Shown here piece after piece: positions 55,732 to 64,000 of a stretch of 64,000 bases of DNA (position 1 is its first letter; each line of letters begins with the position of its first letter). The position numbers and the translations under genes were made by a program. This DNA is from a virus (Duplodnaviria; Caudoviricetes): IMG/VR virus record IMGVR_UViG_3300027007_000012, positions 1 to 64,000 of that record. One strand, 5' to 3'. The notes below the pieces were generated by a model that ran no database searches, had not been told where the DNA came from, and saw only the letters and a list, made by a program, of their open reading frames with translations.

Positions 55732-58491
55732 ATGACAACAGCGAACCTCCTGAACCAGAAGGTCGGTAAATTCGGCCAGGTCCCCGGCGCCGCCTCTCGT
55801 GCTCGCATGTCCGAGCTCGTCGAGGGGAAAGGCGCACTCGATCTCCGCGACTACCAGCAGCATTTCGAAAAAGCGTTCGACGATAAAGTCACTGCGCAGC
55901 TCAAGTTCGAGAACTGGTGTTGCCGCGTCAAAGACAAGCTGATAGAGGAGTCGGGCATCACTCTCCGCCCCTACCAGAAAGAGTTCTCGGACCGTATCAT
56001 CAAGTCGGTCGTCAGGAACGACGGACAGACGTTCTTCGCCGAGTGGGCCCGACAGTGTCTCGACAAGGACACAGTCGTCCTCGACTACGACGGTTCAGCC
56101 ACCCGCATCAAGGACCACCCGAGAGCGTGGAAGACCGGCGTGAAAGATGCGTACCGTCTCAAGACGCAAGGTGGGTGCGAGATCGTCGCCACCGATAATC
56201 ACCCGTTCTGGACGCCTGACCGAGACTTCGTCGACTTGGGAGACCTCTCGCCTGGTGACCTGGTTGGAGTCACTGATGGTATCGACCGCCAGTGGAACGA
56301 CGAACAGGTGTTCGAAACCACGTACGAGAAGTTCGTCAACATCCACCGGACGGACACAGTCGATCTCCGAGAGCCTGTAACACACGACTTCATGGTGTTC
56401 CTCGGACTGATGACCGCTGACGGCACCGGGTACGAACCCGACTCGTCACAGTCGGTGAAGTTCACGAACACGAACCGTGACTACTGCGAATGGGTTGCTG
56501 ATTTCGCCTACCGACGATGGGGTGTCGACCCACAGTGGTACGAGAAGGGCAACGGCTGGGACGTCGTTCTGTCGACGCGAGACAACGGTGCGACGAACCC
56601 CGTGAACGAAGCGTTCCGCACTGTCGAGCTCGACGATGGCTTCCCTACGGCGGTGTTCGACACTAACCCCGAGGCTGTTGCGTCGTTCCTCAACGGTCTG
56701 TGGGCGGGCGATGGCTACCTCTCTGTCATCGATGAGTCGCGTGACCGCACGGGAGGTCGTATCGATCTCGGCGTTGCTGGTGGCAACCGAGAGGTGTTCG
56801 TTCGGTATGTCCAGCAGCTGCTCCAGAAGGTCGGCATCGAGGCCCGCGTCAAGCGCGAGGTGATGGAGAAGACGACTGATGGAGAGCAGTTCTACCGCAT
56901 CCTGGTTAACGGGACACACGGGGCGAAACGGTTCTTCGACCTGATGGACCCGGTAGTGGGGAAAGAAGACGCGTATGCTCGCGTGAGGGCGGTCGTCGAC
57001 GCGCGTGACGGACGTGGGCGTCGTGTCTACGGCGATCACACGGAGCCGACTGGTGAACACATCGTCTACCGGAAGGTCACGTCCATCGAGTACGTCGGGG
57101 AACGAGAGGTCTGGGACGTTCGCTACCCAGGGAAGGACTGGTTCATCGGTCAGGGATTCAAGACGCACAACAGCGGGAAGACGGAGACGCTGGCCTCGAC
57201 AGCCTACGTCATCAGTGTTCTGTTCGCCCCGATCCGCATCGGTATCTTCGGTCCAAAACAGCGACAGGCGCAGATCATGTGGGACCGCGTGAAAGAGCGG
57301 TACAACCAGGATGTGCTCAGCGGACTCGGGCTGGAGATCGAGAAGTACGGGGGAAACACGTTCAAGCTGTCCTCCGGTTCTGTAGTCCAGGCGATCACGG
57401 CGGGCTCGGGGAACATTGAGGGGGAGACCTTCGACCTGATCCTCATCGACGAGACGCAGAAGATCAGTCGCCGGATGCTCCTCGCCGAGATCTGGCCGAT
57501 GGGCGCTGAGACCAACGCGACGAAGTGCTGCATCGGGACACCGCACTTCCAGGACTGCTGGTTCCGCGAACAGCTGGAGCGGCTGAAAGGCACGCCGTTC
57601 TGCATGATCTACGACTGGCGGACGCCAGCGAAATACTCACAGAACTACCGGAAGTCGATCGCTCGCCAGTTGGAGCAGATGAGTCCCGAGTCGGAGGAGT
57701 TCCGCACTCAGTACGAGCTCGAGTGGATTCTGGAAGCCGGGATGTTCATCACGATCGAAGACTGGCGTCGGATGAACCCCGCGCCGCTGCTGGCGCCGGT
57801 CGTCACGAAGGAGGACCTCCGGGACGACGATGTAGACTCGAAGTGGCAAATCCGAGCGGGGCTGGACCTCGCGAAGGAGCACGACTCGACCGTCCTCACA
57901 GTCACTGGCAAATACTTCGGGTCGTGGGACCCTTACTGGGATTACTTCTCGAACGAGACGATCGTCCTCCTCGACGTGGTCGAACTGGAGGGGCTCGAAT
58001 ACCCCGACCAGATCGACATCATCAAAGAGGAACTCGACCGCTGGCACGCAGACGTCGTTGGGGTGGACTCGACAGGTGTGGGTGACCCGGTGACGGACAT
58101 CCTGAAGCGAGAGTTGAACCAGTACGTCGAGGGCATCAAGTTCTCGCAGGCGAGCAAGCACGACCTGTACAAGCACGTCGAGCGGAAGGTGAAAGTCGAG
58201 GAGGAATGGGACTACTGCAACTTCGTCATCCCGAAACAGGTCCGGTCGTATCCCCACCTGGAGGTTTCGATGCGGAAGATGGAAGATCAGTGGCTGGACC
58301 TCACGAAGGAGTACAAAGGGTCGCGGATGCACGTCGAGGGGCCGGACAGTGGGCACGACGACTTCCCGGACTCGGCGGCGCTCGCCATGTGGTGCCAGGA
58401 CGCCGACTACAACATCGACAAGAAGCACATGACATCCCCGACCCCGGTCCTGGGGACGATGGATGGGATCGGCGCGACGATCGGGTACTGA
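55732..58491 (+). CDS. terL: Terminase large subunit with intein
   Basis: LRPYQ, split Walker A ARQ|SGKT, ILIDETQ, nuclease GLDLAKEHD, DSTGVGD, HDDFPDSAALA. Confidence 0.92.
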   Translation: MTTANLLNQKVGKFGQVPGAASRARMSELVEGKGALDLRDYQQHFEKAFDDKVTAQLKFENWCCRVKDKLIEESGITLRPYQKEFSDRIIKSVVRNDGQTFFAEWARQCLDKDTVVLDYDGSATRIKDHPRAWKTGVKDAYRLKTQGGCEIVATDNHPFWTPDRDFVDLGDLSPGDLVGVTDGIDRQWNDEQVFETTYEKFVNIHRTDTVDLREPVTHDFMVFLGLMTADGTGYEPDSSQSVKFTNTNRDYCEWVADFAYRRWGVDPQWYEKGNGWDVVLSTRDNGATNPVNEAFRTVELDDGFPTAVFDTNPEAVASFLNGLWAGDGYLSVIDESRDRTGGRIDLGVAGGNREVFVRYVQQLLQKVGIEARVKREVMEKTTDGEQFYRILVNGTHGAKRFFDLMDPVVGKEDAYARVRAVVDARDGRGRRVYGDHTEPTGEHIVYRKVTSIEYVGEREVWDVRYPGKDWFIGQGFKTHNSGKTETLASTAYVISVLFAPIRIGIFGPKQRQAQIMWDRVKERYNQDVLSGLGLEIEKYGGNTFKLSSGSVVQAITAGSGNIEGETFDLILIDETQKISRRMLLAEIWPMGAETNATKCCIGTPHFQDCWFREQLERLKGTPFCMIYDWRTPAKYSQNYRKSIARQLEQMSPESEEFRTQYELEWILEAGMFITIEDWRRMNPAPLLAPVVTKEDLRDDDVDSKWQIRAGLDLAKEHDSTVLTVTGKYFGSWDPYWDYFSNETIVLLDVVELEGLEYPDQIDIIKEELDRWHADVVGVDSTGVGDPVTDILKRELNQYVEGIKFSQASKHDLYKHVERKVKVEEEWDYCNFVIPKQVRSYPHLEVSMRKMEDQWLDLTKEYKGSRMHVEGPDSGHDDFPDSAALAMWCQDADYNIDKKHMTSPTPVLGTMDGIGATIGY
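56056..57171 (+). mobile_element. LAGLIDADG intein (372 aa) in the TerL P-loop
   Basis: Starts C(LDKDT), ends THN followed by S; LAGLIDADG blocks FLGLMTADG and FLNGLWAGDG. Confidence 0.92.
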
Positions 58492-58573
58492 AAACCCCTC
58501 TGACTACCTAACAGGTTTTTGGTAATACCAGATTAGCAATACACTTAAGCGTAGGTGGTACCAGATTTGTGAT

Positions 58574-58720
58574 ATGGGAAGATCCGTAGAGACGGGCGCC
58601 GTGAACGAGCGTCCCGAAGATATCCGTCAGGACGGGAAGTGCCCGTGCTGTGGAACTGAAGTGTCCGCAGAGGACCACGACCACGAGTGCAGTTGCTCGT
58701 GCTCGGACGAGAGCGAATAA
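58574..58720 (+). CDS. 48-aa zinc-finger microprotein
   Basis: CPCCG ... CSCSC; own promoter (ACACTTAAG); not in the ORF track. Confidence 0.5.
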   Translation: MGRSVETGAVNERPEDIRQDGKCPCCGTEVSAEDHDHECSCSCSDESE

Positions 58721-58737
58721 ATCTGGAGTCGCCCTGA

Positions 58738-60498
58738 ATGAGTGAAGCAGAAACACCACCAGATGATACACCAGCCGATGAGTCAGAAGACGACGTCGAG
58801 ATAACGGCTGAGGTCGAGTCGGCCGACGGGACAGCGGCGACCGTCACACGGTCGGCATCGCTGGCCGAGGTCGTCTCGGAACCGCGAGAGATCCTCGACA
58901 AGGACCAGTTCGAAACGGACTTCGACCTGTACGAACGCCTCCTGACGATCGACTCCGAACTGGCCGGGACTGTCCGCGCACAGGCACAGTTGGCCTCTGG
59001 CTTCGAACTGATCCACCCCACCACAGAAGGAGACAGTGAGGAGCCGAGCGATTCGGACGTTACGGCGCTCAAAGACTGTAAAGAATTGGTCCAGTTACTC
59101 GACCTGGACCTCTCACAGCCGTCGATGTTCAAGGGCATGATCGCTATGGGCAACGACGTCTCGAAGATCATCTTCCGTGACGGGGAGGGAGTGACCGGCC
59201 TCCAGTCACTCCCCCTCCGCTCGCTGACGATCATCGACGAGGATACCCAGCCCGGTGTACAGAACGCGATCGCAGAGGCGAGAAAGGCCGTCGACGGCGA
59301 CGAGGAGATCGACCTCAAGACGTACACCGACAACCTCCCCGATGCGGTTGTGCAGGATGCAGACTACTACGTCCTGAACGAGGGCAAGAAGGACATGAAG
59401 ATGATCGAGTCGTGGAAGATCCTTCATCTCGCCGCCGAGCGCCGTAGCAACTGGTTCACGGACAAGTTCGACCGGCGGACCTACGGCGTGTGGGGTGCCC
59501 CACGAATCGAGCCGACGAAGTTCCCCCTCCAGGCCAAGCACAACACGCTCACGAACAAGGTGTCGATGGATGACTCCCTGATCGCCCGGGAGATCTACCA
59601 CATCGACGTCGCGACGCTGTTCGGACACATCAACAACGACGAGCGCCGAGAGGAGAAGGCCAAAAAGTACGCGTCCGACCTCAAGGAGACGCTGGAAGGG
59701 ATGGGGCCCGACGAGAAGCCCATCCTTCCGGACGAAGTAACTGTCGACGTCAAAGGTCCCGAGGGGAAGGCCAAGGAACACGGTGACTTCCTCGACCTGA
59801 TGAACGATTCCATCATGCACGCGCTGACGTTCAACGTCTCGGGCGTCGGGCGTGACGCTGGTGGTCCGTACATCGGGAACCGGCCGGCGAAGGATACGTC
59901 GCTGAACAACGTTCGTCACCTTCGCGAGACGATGGGCCGACAGCTCCGAAAGCTGTTCAAGATCCACCTGCTCCTCAAGCACCCCGAGTGGCGCGAGGAC
60001 ATGGTCGACCCGGAGGACGTTTCGACCTGGAAACTCCGGGACGACATCACGCTCCCGAAAGTCGAGTGGGCGCAGATGGAAGATGGCGACCTCGAACGTG
60101 TTGTGAACGCGGCAACGAAAGCGTACGAGTCCAAACTGATCACGCGGAACGAGGCCCGCGAGATGTTCGGCCACGACCCGATCCCGGACGACGAGCTCGA
60201 TCGCCTGTTCCAGGACCAGTTCATGAACATGGAGATTCAGGACGAGTTCAACCGTCGCCAGCAGGAGCGCCAGCAGGAGATACAGGATCAGGAGCAGGAG
60301 ACACAGGACACGGACGAGGAGGAAGAAGACGCAAGCGTCGCCGAGACAGCCGAGACCGCGCACTCGATGCCACCAGCAGCAGTCGCCGAGGACATCGACA
60401 ACGACGAGTTCCGAGAAACGCTGACGGATTCGTTCGACAGCGCGATTTCGAAGATGAACGCGTCGTTGAGCCAGGGAGGTAACGATGAGTCTGCGTGA
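58738..60498 (+). CDS. Portal protein
   Basis: 586 aa after terL; WKILHL ... YGVWGAPRIE, ITRNEAREMFG; acidic tail. Confidence 0.75.
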   Translation: MSEAETPPDDTPADESEDDVEITAEVESADGTAATVTRSASLAEVVSEPREILDKDQFETDFDLYERLLTIDSELAGTVRAQAQLASGFELIHPTTEGDSEEPSDSDVTALKDCKELVQLLDLDLSQPSMFKGMIAMGNDVSKIIFRDGEGVTGLQSLPLRSLTIIDEDTQPGVQNAIAEARKAVDGDEEIDLKTYTDNLPDAVVQDADYYVLNEGKKDMKMIESWKILHLAAERRSNWFTDKFDRRTYGVWGAPRIEPTKFPLQAKHNTLTNKVSMDDSLIAREIYHIDVATLFGHINNDERREEKAKKYASDLKETLEGMGPDEKPILPDEVTVDVKGPEGKAKEHGDFLDLMNDSIMHALTFNVSGVGRDAGGPYIGNRPAKDTSLNNVRHLRETMGRQLRKLFKIHLLLKHPEWREDMVDPEDVSTWKLRDDITLPKVEWAQMEDGDLERVVNAATKAYESKLITRNEAREMFGHDPIPDDELDRLFQDQFMNMEIQDEFNRRQQERQQEIQDQEQETQDTDEEEEDASVAETAETAHSMPPAAVAEDIDNDEFRETLTDSFDSAISKMNASLSQGGNDESA

Positions 60499-61354
60499 CC
60501 GTCTCGACAAGCACCTGATCGCCCTCGACGAGACACACGAGACGGTCATCGACGAGTACATTCAGGATGCGTTCGCCCAGGGTGTTAGCGAGGAAGTCAC
60601 ATGGCTGAGCAATCTCGGTGTTCGGACGGCAACGCGCGATCCTGAACCGACAGACGCTCTCGAGGAGATCCGAGCACGAACGGTCGACAGAGTCGCCCGC
60701 TACGACGAGTCACTCCGCGAGAGTGTGTTCGAATCGCTCGACGAGTCGAAAGGGAGTACGTACGAAGTGATAGCCCGGCTGTTCGACGATGGCCTCACGG
60801 TTGGGGCGGGAGACGAGACACACGACGTCAAATCGGTCAGTGCGGACGGGTCGGCGTCGATCGTCTCCCGGGCGGGAACCGTCGCCATGACGCTCGAACC
60901 GTCCGCGTATTTCGACTGGGTAAGCGCAGTCGCAGTCGTCGAGGCGCGAAGCGCCGGCCGGGTTGCCGCCCAGCTCGGGTCTGACGACGTCATGGGACAC
61001 GTCTGGGTCGACCCACTCGACGAGCAGACGACGCCAATGGCCGCCCGTCTCCATGGTGAGACGTTCGGTCGCGATGGCCTCCCGTTCCATCCACCTGTCG
61101 TCTATGGCGGGCGATCCCGTGTGTGGCCACTGTTCAAGGCATCGTCACCACAGGCCGAAAAACTCCCCTCCGTGGATGCGCTCGTGGGCCAGCGGGAACG
61201 CTGGTTCATCAACTACTCGCGGATGCAGAACGGTGAGCTCCCGGAAAACGACTGGGCACACGAACCAGTTGTCGATGAGGAGTACAACCTGGCGTTCATC
61301 TACACGCAGTTGCTCCCGCGAGACTACGCACAATACCTCCCCACCAACGAATAA
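60485..61354 (+). CDS. Head morphogenesis (MuF/SPP1 gp7-like) protein
   Basis: After the portal; degenerate W...D..T...ARLHG...PFHPP...R motif. Confidence 0.6.
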   Translation: MSLRDRLDKHLIALDETHETVIDEYIQDAFAQGVSEEVTWLSNLGVRTATRDPEPTDALEEIRARTVDRVARYDESLRESVFESLDESKGSTYEVIARLFDDGLTVGAGDETHDVKSVSADGSASIVSRAGTVAMTLEPSAYFDWVSAVAVVEARSAGRVAAQLGSDDVMGHVWVDPLDEQTTPMAARLHGETFGRDGLPFHPPVVYGGRSRVWPLFKASSPQAEKLPSVDALVGQRERWFINYSRMQNGELPENDWAHEPVVDEEYNLAFIYTQLLPRDYAQYLPTNE

Positions 61355-61620
61355 TGTCCCCCAACAAACCGCTCGCAGACTGGCAAAAGCTGACGATCAT
61401 GGCCCAGGCCCCGTTCCGGGGCAACCGGACAATCGCGAAACGCGCTGAGTGTTCGGTTTGGGCCGTCAGAAAGTACCGCTCGCTGATGAAAGAAAACGGA
61501 CACGCTCTCGACGTTGGTGTGACGGAAGAATACGATGAAGCCCTCGTCTCAGAGGAAGCGATGGCGATCTTCGACACAATCGTCGACGAAGGGCTGAACC
61601 AGGAACGGGGGCGGATATGA
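61354..61620 (+). CDS. Small HTH-like protein
   Basis: NRTIAKRAECSVWAVRKY. Confidence 0.55.
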   Translation: MSPNKPLADWQKLTIMAQAPFRGNRTIAKRAECSVWAVRKYRSLMKENGHALDVGVTEEYDEALVSEEAMAIFDTIVDEGLNQERGRI

Positions 61621-61847
61621 TGCCCCGGGCGAAGGACGTGGTGAGTGTCCTCCTGGTCGGCGCCGTCACGAGCGTGTGGCTCTACCAGACGCTCGACCCG
61701 GCGCTGGCCGAGGACTTCGCCGTCAAGGCACTGGCGCTCACGTTCGCCGCTGCTGGTGGCATCACCTTGTTCGGGCGGGGGACGATGCAAGCGGCAAAGA
61801 GAGTGGCTGAATCGACACTCCGCCCGCAAGAGAAGACAGACGAATGA
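61617..61847 (+). CDS. Small two-TM membrane protein (holin-like candidate)
   Basis: Two hydrophobic segments and a basic C-terminus. Confidence 0.5.
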   Translation: MMPRAKDVVSVLLVGAVTSVWLYQTLDPALAEDFAVKALALTFAAAGGITLFGRGTMQAAKRVAESTLRPQEKTDE

Positions 61848-62257
61848 GGCTGGTCAAGCAGGAGAGTTGGAACGACTGTGCTCCTGCGTGTTTAGCGATG
61901 GTGACTGGCGTACCGATTACAAACGTCAAAGCGTTCGTCCCGGTGCCGACGACCCACGCGGAAATGTATTCGTTTCTCTTTCGCCGTGTCGACGATGTCC
62001 ATCTGATCACAATCCTCGACGAGATCAAGATCCGCGACCTCAAAGAGCGACGTGACCTGTTTCGTACCAACCGACCATTCGAGGAACGGACGATGATACT
62101 CACCGTCGCAGCACCCTATCCGGAGGTATTGTGGCACGCAATCGTCGTTCACGAGGGAAAGGTCCTCGACCCGACCGACGAGTGGCGCGACATAGATGAG
62201 ATCAATGGCGTGAGCTGTACCTGGGGCTTCGACATCGAGCTCGACAGCGACCTGTAG
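61844..62257 (+). CDS. C39-like cysteine peptidase
   Basis: Q...DCAPACLAM, WHAIVV, VLDP. Confidence 0.75.
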   Translation: MRLVKQESWNDCAPACLAMVTGVPITNVKAFVPVPTTHAEMYSFLFRRVDDVHLITILDEIKIRDLKERRDLFRTNRPFEERTMILTVAAPYPEVLWHAIVVHEGKVLDPTDEWRDIDEINGVSCTWGFDIELDSDL

Positions 62258-62338
62258 ACCTATCAGAGAAGATAGTTCTATATCGGTCGAACCACCAGAC
62301 AAGTAAGCTTTTTAGCAATGTAACGTATTTGGTAATAT

Positions 62339-63364
62339 ATGCAAGCTGTCGTAGATGCAACTGGAAATGCACCCAGCCTGTCGCCCCTCAACGCCCGTCG
62401 GTCCCGATTCACCCTCCCGGTCGCCGGAGAAACAATCATCGAGCGTGTGGTGAACGGGTTGGTCGACATCGGCGTCGAGCGGGTCGCCATCGTGACCGAT
62501 GAAGACTCTATTCGGACGGTCTTCGGCGCGGAGCGTGGGGTCGACCGACTCGGGTTGGAAGACGTCGAGCTGTGTTTCATCCCACACTACTACGGCGAGA
62601 CAGCGTCGAAGACACGAGGACTGGCCGAAGATACGGGGTTCCTGTGGGTTCGTGGCGACACGCTCTATGACTGGGAGTCCCTCGCGGAGCTCGCCGAGCA
62701 CGACTCGGCGCTCGGGTACGTCCCCCATCCACACACGGCGACCCACGGAAAGATTCAGATCAACGGTGATGACCTGCGAGCGACGCCCGGGGAGTACACG
62801 CACTCGGGCGCACACCTGGCCTACGCGTACAAGTTCCCACCCCGAGCCCACGAATGGGACTACGGAATCGATCCCATGACAGAGGAACTCGCCACACAGA
62901 CCGACTCGGAGAGCGTCGCCATCCGGTGGACGCCCATCGAGAACCCTGCTGACTACTTGGCGGCGAACCTCGAGCGAGCCGCTGCTGGTGGCATCGATGT
63001 GGAGGTTGACGGAGCGGCAACCGTGATCGGGCCATGTGTCGCCGGCGAGGACGTCACGGTCGGGCCCGGCGCAGTGATAGAGTCGTCGGTCCTCATGGAC
63101 GGGGCGACAGTTGGAGCCGGGTCGTACGTCGGTCACTCGGTGGTCGGCGAGGGAGTGACGATCGAGCAGAACGTGACGACGAACACACGGTCGGCCAGCT
63201 GTGAGACTGTGGTCGCCGAGTTTGGTGACGAGCGTGTGGACACGGGACGAACAGAGTTCGGCGCAATCTTCGGCCCAGGGTCGACAGCCCAGGCCGGGTC
63301 GACCGTCCTCCGAGGGACCACCGTCGAGACGGGGCTCACACTCGAACCAGGGTCCGTCAACTGA
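62339..63364 (+). CDS. Sugar-nucleotidyltransferase-like protein with a left-handed beta-helix (GlmU-like), possibly inactive
   Basis: LPVAGETIIERVV ... GVERVAIVT, RGDTL; hexapeptide repeats IGPCVAGEDVTVGPGAVI; the GxGTR loop is absent. Confidence 0.75.
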   Translation: MQAVVDATGNAPSLSPLNARRSRFTLPVAGETIIERVVNGLVDIGVERVAIVTDEDSIRTVFGAERGVDRLGLEDVELCFIPHYYGETASKTRGLAEDTGFLWVRGDTLYDWESLAELAEHDSALGYVPHPHTATHGKIQINGDDLRATPGEYTHSGAHLAYAYKFPPRAHEWDYGIDPMTEELATQTDSESVAIRWTPIENPADYLAANLERAAAGGIDVEVDGAATVIGPCVAGEDVTVGPGAVIESSVLMDGATVGAGSYVGHSVVGEGVTIEQNVTTNTRSASCETVVAEFGDERVDTGRTEFGAIFGPGSTAQAGSTVLRGTTVETGLTLEPGSVN

Positions 63365-63373
63365 GGGCACAAC

Positions 63374-64000
63374 ATGCGTGTTCTCATCTTCACGCTCGCC
63401 TACCGGAACGAGTACGCCCTCTCGAGTGGGACCATCTCGGATGCTGTGAGCTGGGCGCAATACTGGACCGATCGTGACCCGACGCTACACGTGTATCTGG
63501 TGGTGCCCGACAGGGACGACGTCGCCTGGGACACGGAGTTCCTCGTCGACGCCGCGTCGGGGGACTACCCACAGATCACGATCATTGAAGCCCGGCGACC
63601 GGAGGATACACTCGGGATTCGAGGTTTCAGTGACGACGAGCTCGCGGCGGTTGAGACCGAGTGGGATGAACACGGTGGATACTTCGACGTAGTCATCGAC
63701 CAGCGCCGCAAGGGACGAGATCGGCTTGTTCAGTTCCTGACGACACTGATGCAAACGAAGCGGTGTCAGAAACGACCGTTCAGAGTGGTCGACTACGTTC
63801 ACGACGTGTACGCTCCCTATATGTTCGGCTACAACCAGGACTTCCCGTTCGAGCTCCACGGCCGACAGGAGTTCTACGGCATGACCTACTCGGACCGCAT
63901 CTGGTTCTCTGCGGAGAGCAACGAACGGGACGTAGCGAAGTATGGGTCTCGACACCTCCCACAGGCGACGGTCAAGGATATCTTCGACCGGAGTCGAATC
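63374..64000 (+). CDS. Putative GT-B glycosyltransferase, N-terminal part (runs off the window)
   Basis: Open frame with no stop to the window end; MRVLIFT start, FDVVIDQ, YVHDV; adjacent to the nucleotidyltransferase. Confidence 0.5.
   Translation, partial: MRVLIFTLAYRNEYALSSGTISDAVSWAQYWTDRDPTLHVYLVVPDRDDVAWDTEFLVDAASGDYPQITIIEARRPEDTLGIRGFSDDELAAVETEWDEHGGYFDVVIDQRRKGRDRLVQFLTTLMQTKRCQKRPFRVVDYVHDVYAPYMFGYNQDFPFELHGRQEFYGMTYSDRIWFSAESNERDVAKYGSRHLPQATVKDIFDRSRI

Larger units (their letters stand above)
2169..62994. repeat. Dispersed motif (G)ATGCCACCAG(CAGCG), 20 exact 10-mer copies on both strands
   Basis: + copies start at 2169, 4558, 11353, 18000, 30604, 36440, 39368, 44459, 48343, 53195, 55656, 60367. 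- copies (CTGGTGGCAT) start at 7818, 14771, 40297, 45895, 48146, 53506, 61753, 62985. Near-matches at 30267, 31803, 54221. Confidence 0.95.

Noticed and set aside
59206-60561. Minus-strand ORF (451 aa)
   Set aside because: Antisense shadow of the portal gene
2169-62994. Dispersed motif as a CRISPR array
   Set aside because: Copies are kilobases apart, short and on both strands; no 30-40-bp spacers and no cas genes
4558-62994. Motif explained simply as E. coli Chi (GCTGGTGG)
   Set aside because: Six exact-core copies lack the full Chi, the conserved core extends to GAT, orientation is mixed, and haloarchaea are not known to have RecBCD; kept only as an analogy
2169-62994. Motif as an adapter or primer artefact
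   Set aside because: Does not match the Illumina or Nextera adapter cores, flanks vary gradually, and copies sit in frame within intact ORFs
1-64000. CTAG under-representation (I noticed one, at about 2582)
   Set aside because: Not exhaustively counted, and CTAG avoidance is already general in haloarchaea and their viruses

Overview
The window is a 64-kb stretch of a large, probably temperate, haloarchaeal tailed virus (or its provirus). The proteome is acidic, essentially every credible gene is on the + strand, and there are no host housekeeping genes. In order: a wHTH protein and tyrosine integrase; a 10-tRNA array containing a MaoC-like hydratase; ATP-dependent DNA ligase; family B DNA polymerase; a tail/adhesin module; a UvrD-like helicase; an inserted ~9.3-kb defence island (Eco57I/DrmMI-like adenine MTase, PLD-SNF2 helicase, putative nuclease); an ORF-poor iteron-like region; a modular early region (32.2-47.6 kb) of 14 repeated promoter-operator-hairpin cassettes; small middle genes; then terminase (TerL with an intein), portal, head morphogenesis, C39 peptidase and sugar-modification genes. 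The most striking unexplained signals are non-coding. (1) A dispersed motif (G)ATGCCACCAG(CAGCG) occurs in 20 exact 10-mer copies on both strands, spaced about every 3.3 kb over the first 18 kb and absent from the defence island. (2) Five miniature tRNA-like elements have an acceptor stem and T-arm but no anticodon arm. (3) A covarying A-loop hairpin follows every early promoter. (4) A GTAC-rich box recurs five times. (5) Hexamer pairs are spaced exactly 14 bp apart at a candidate origin/terminus. All counts and coordinates were read by eye, and no database search was run.
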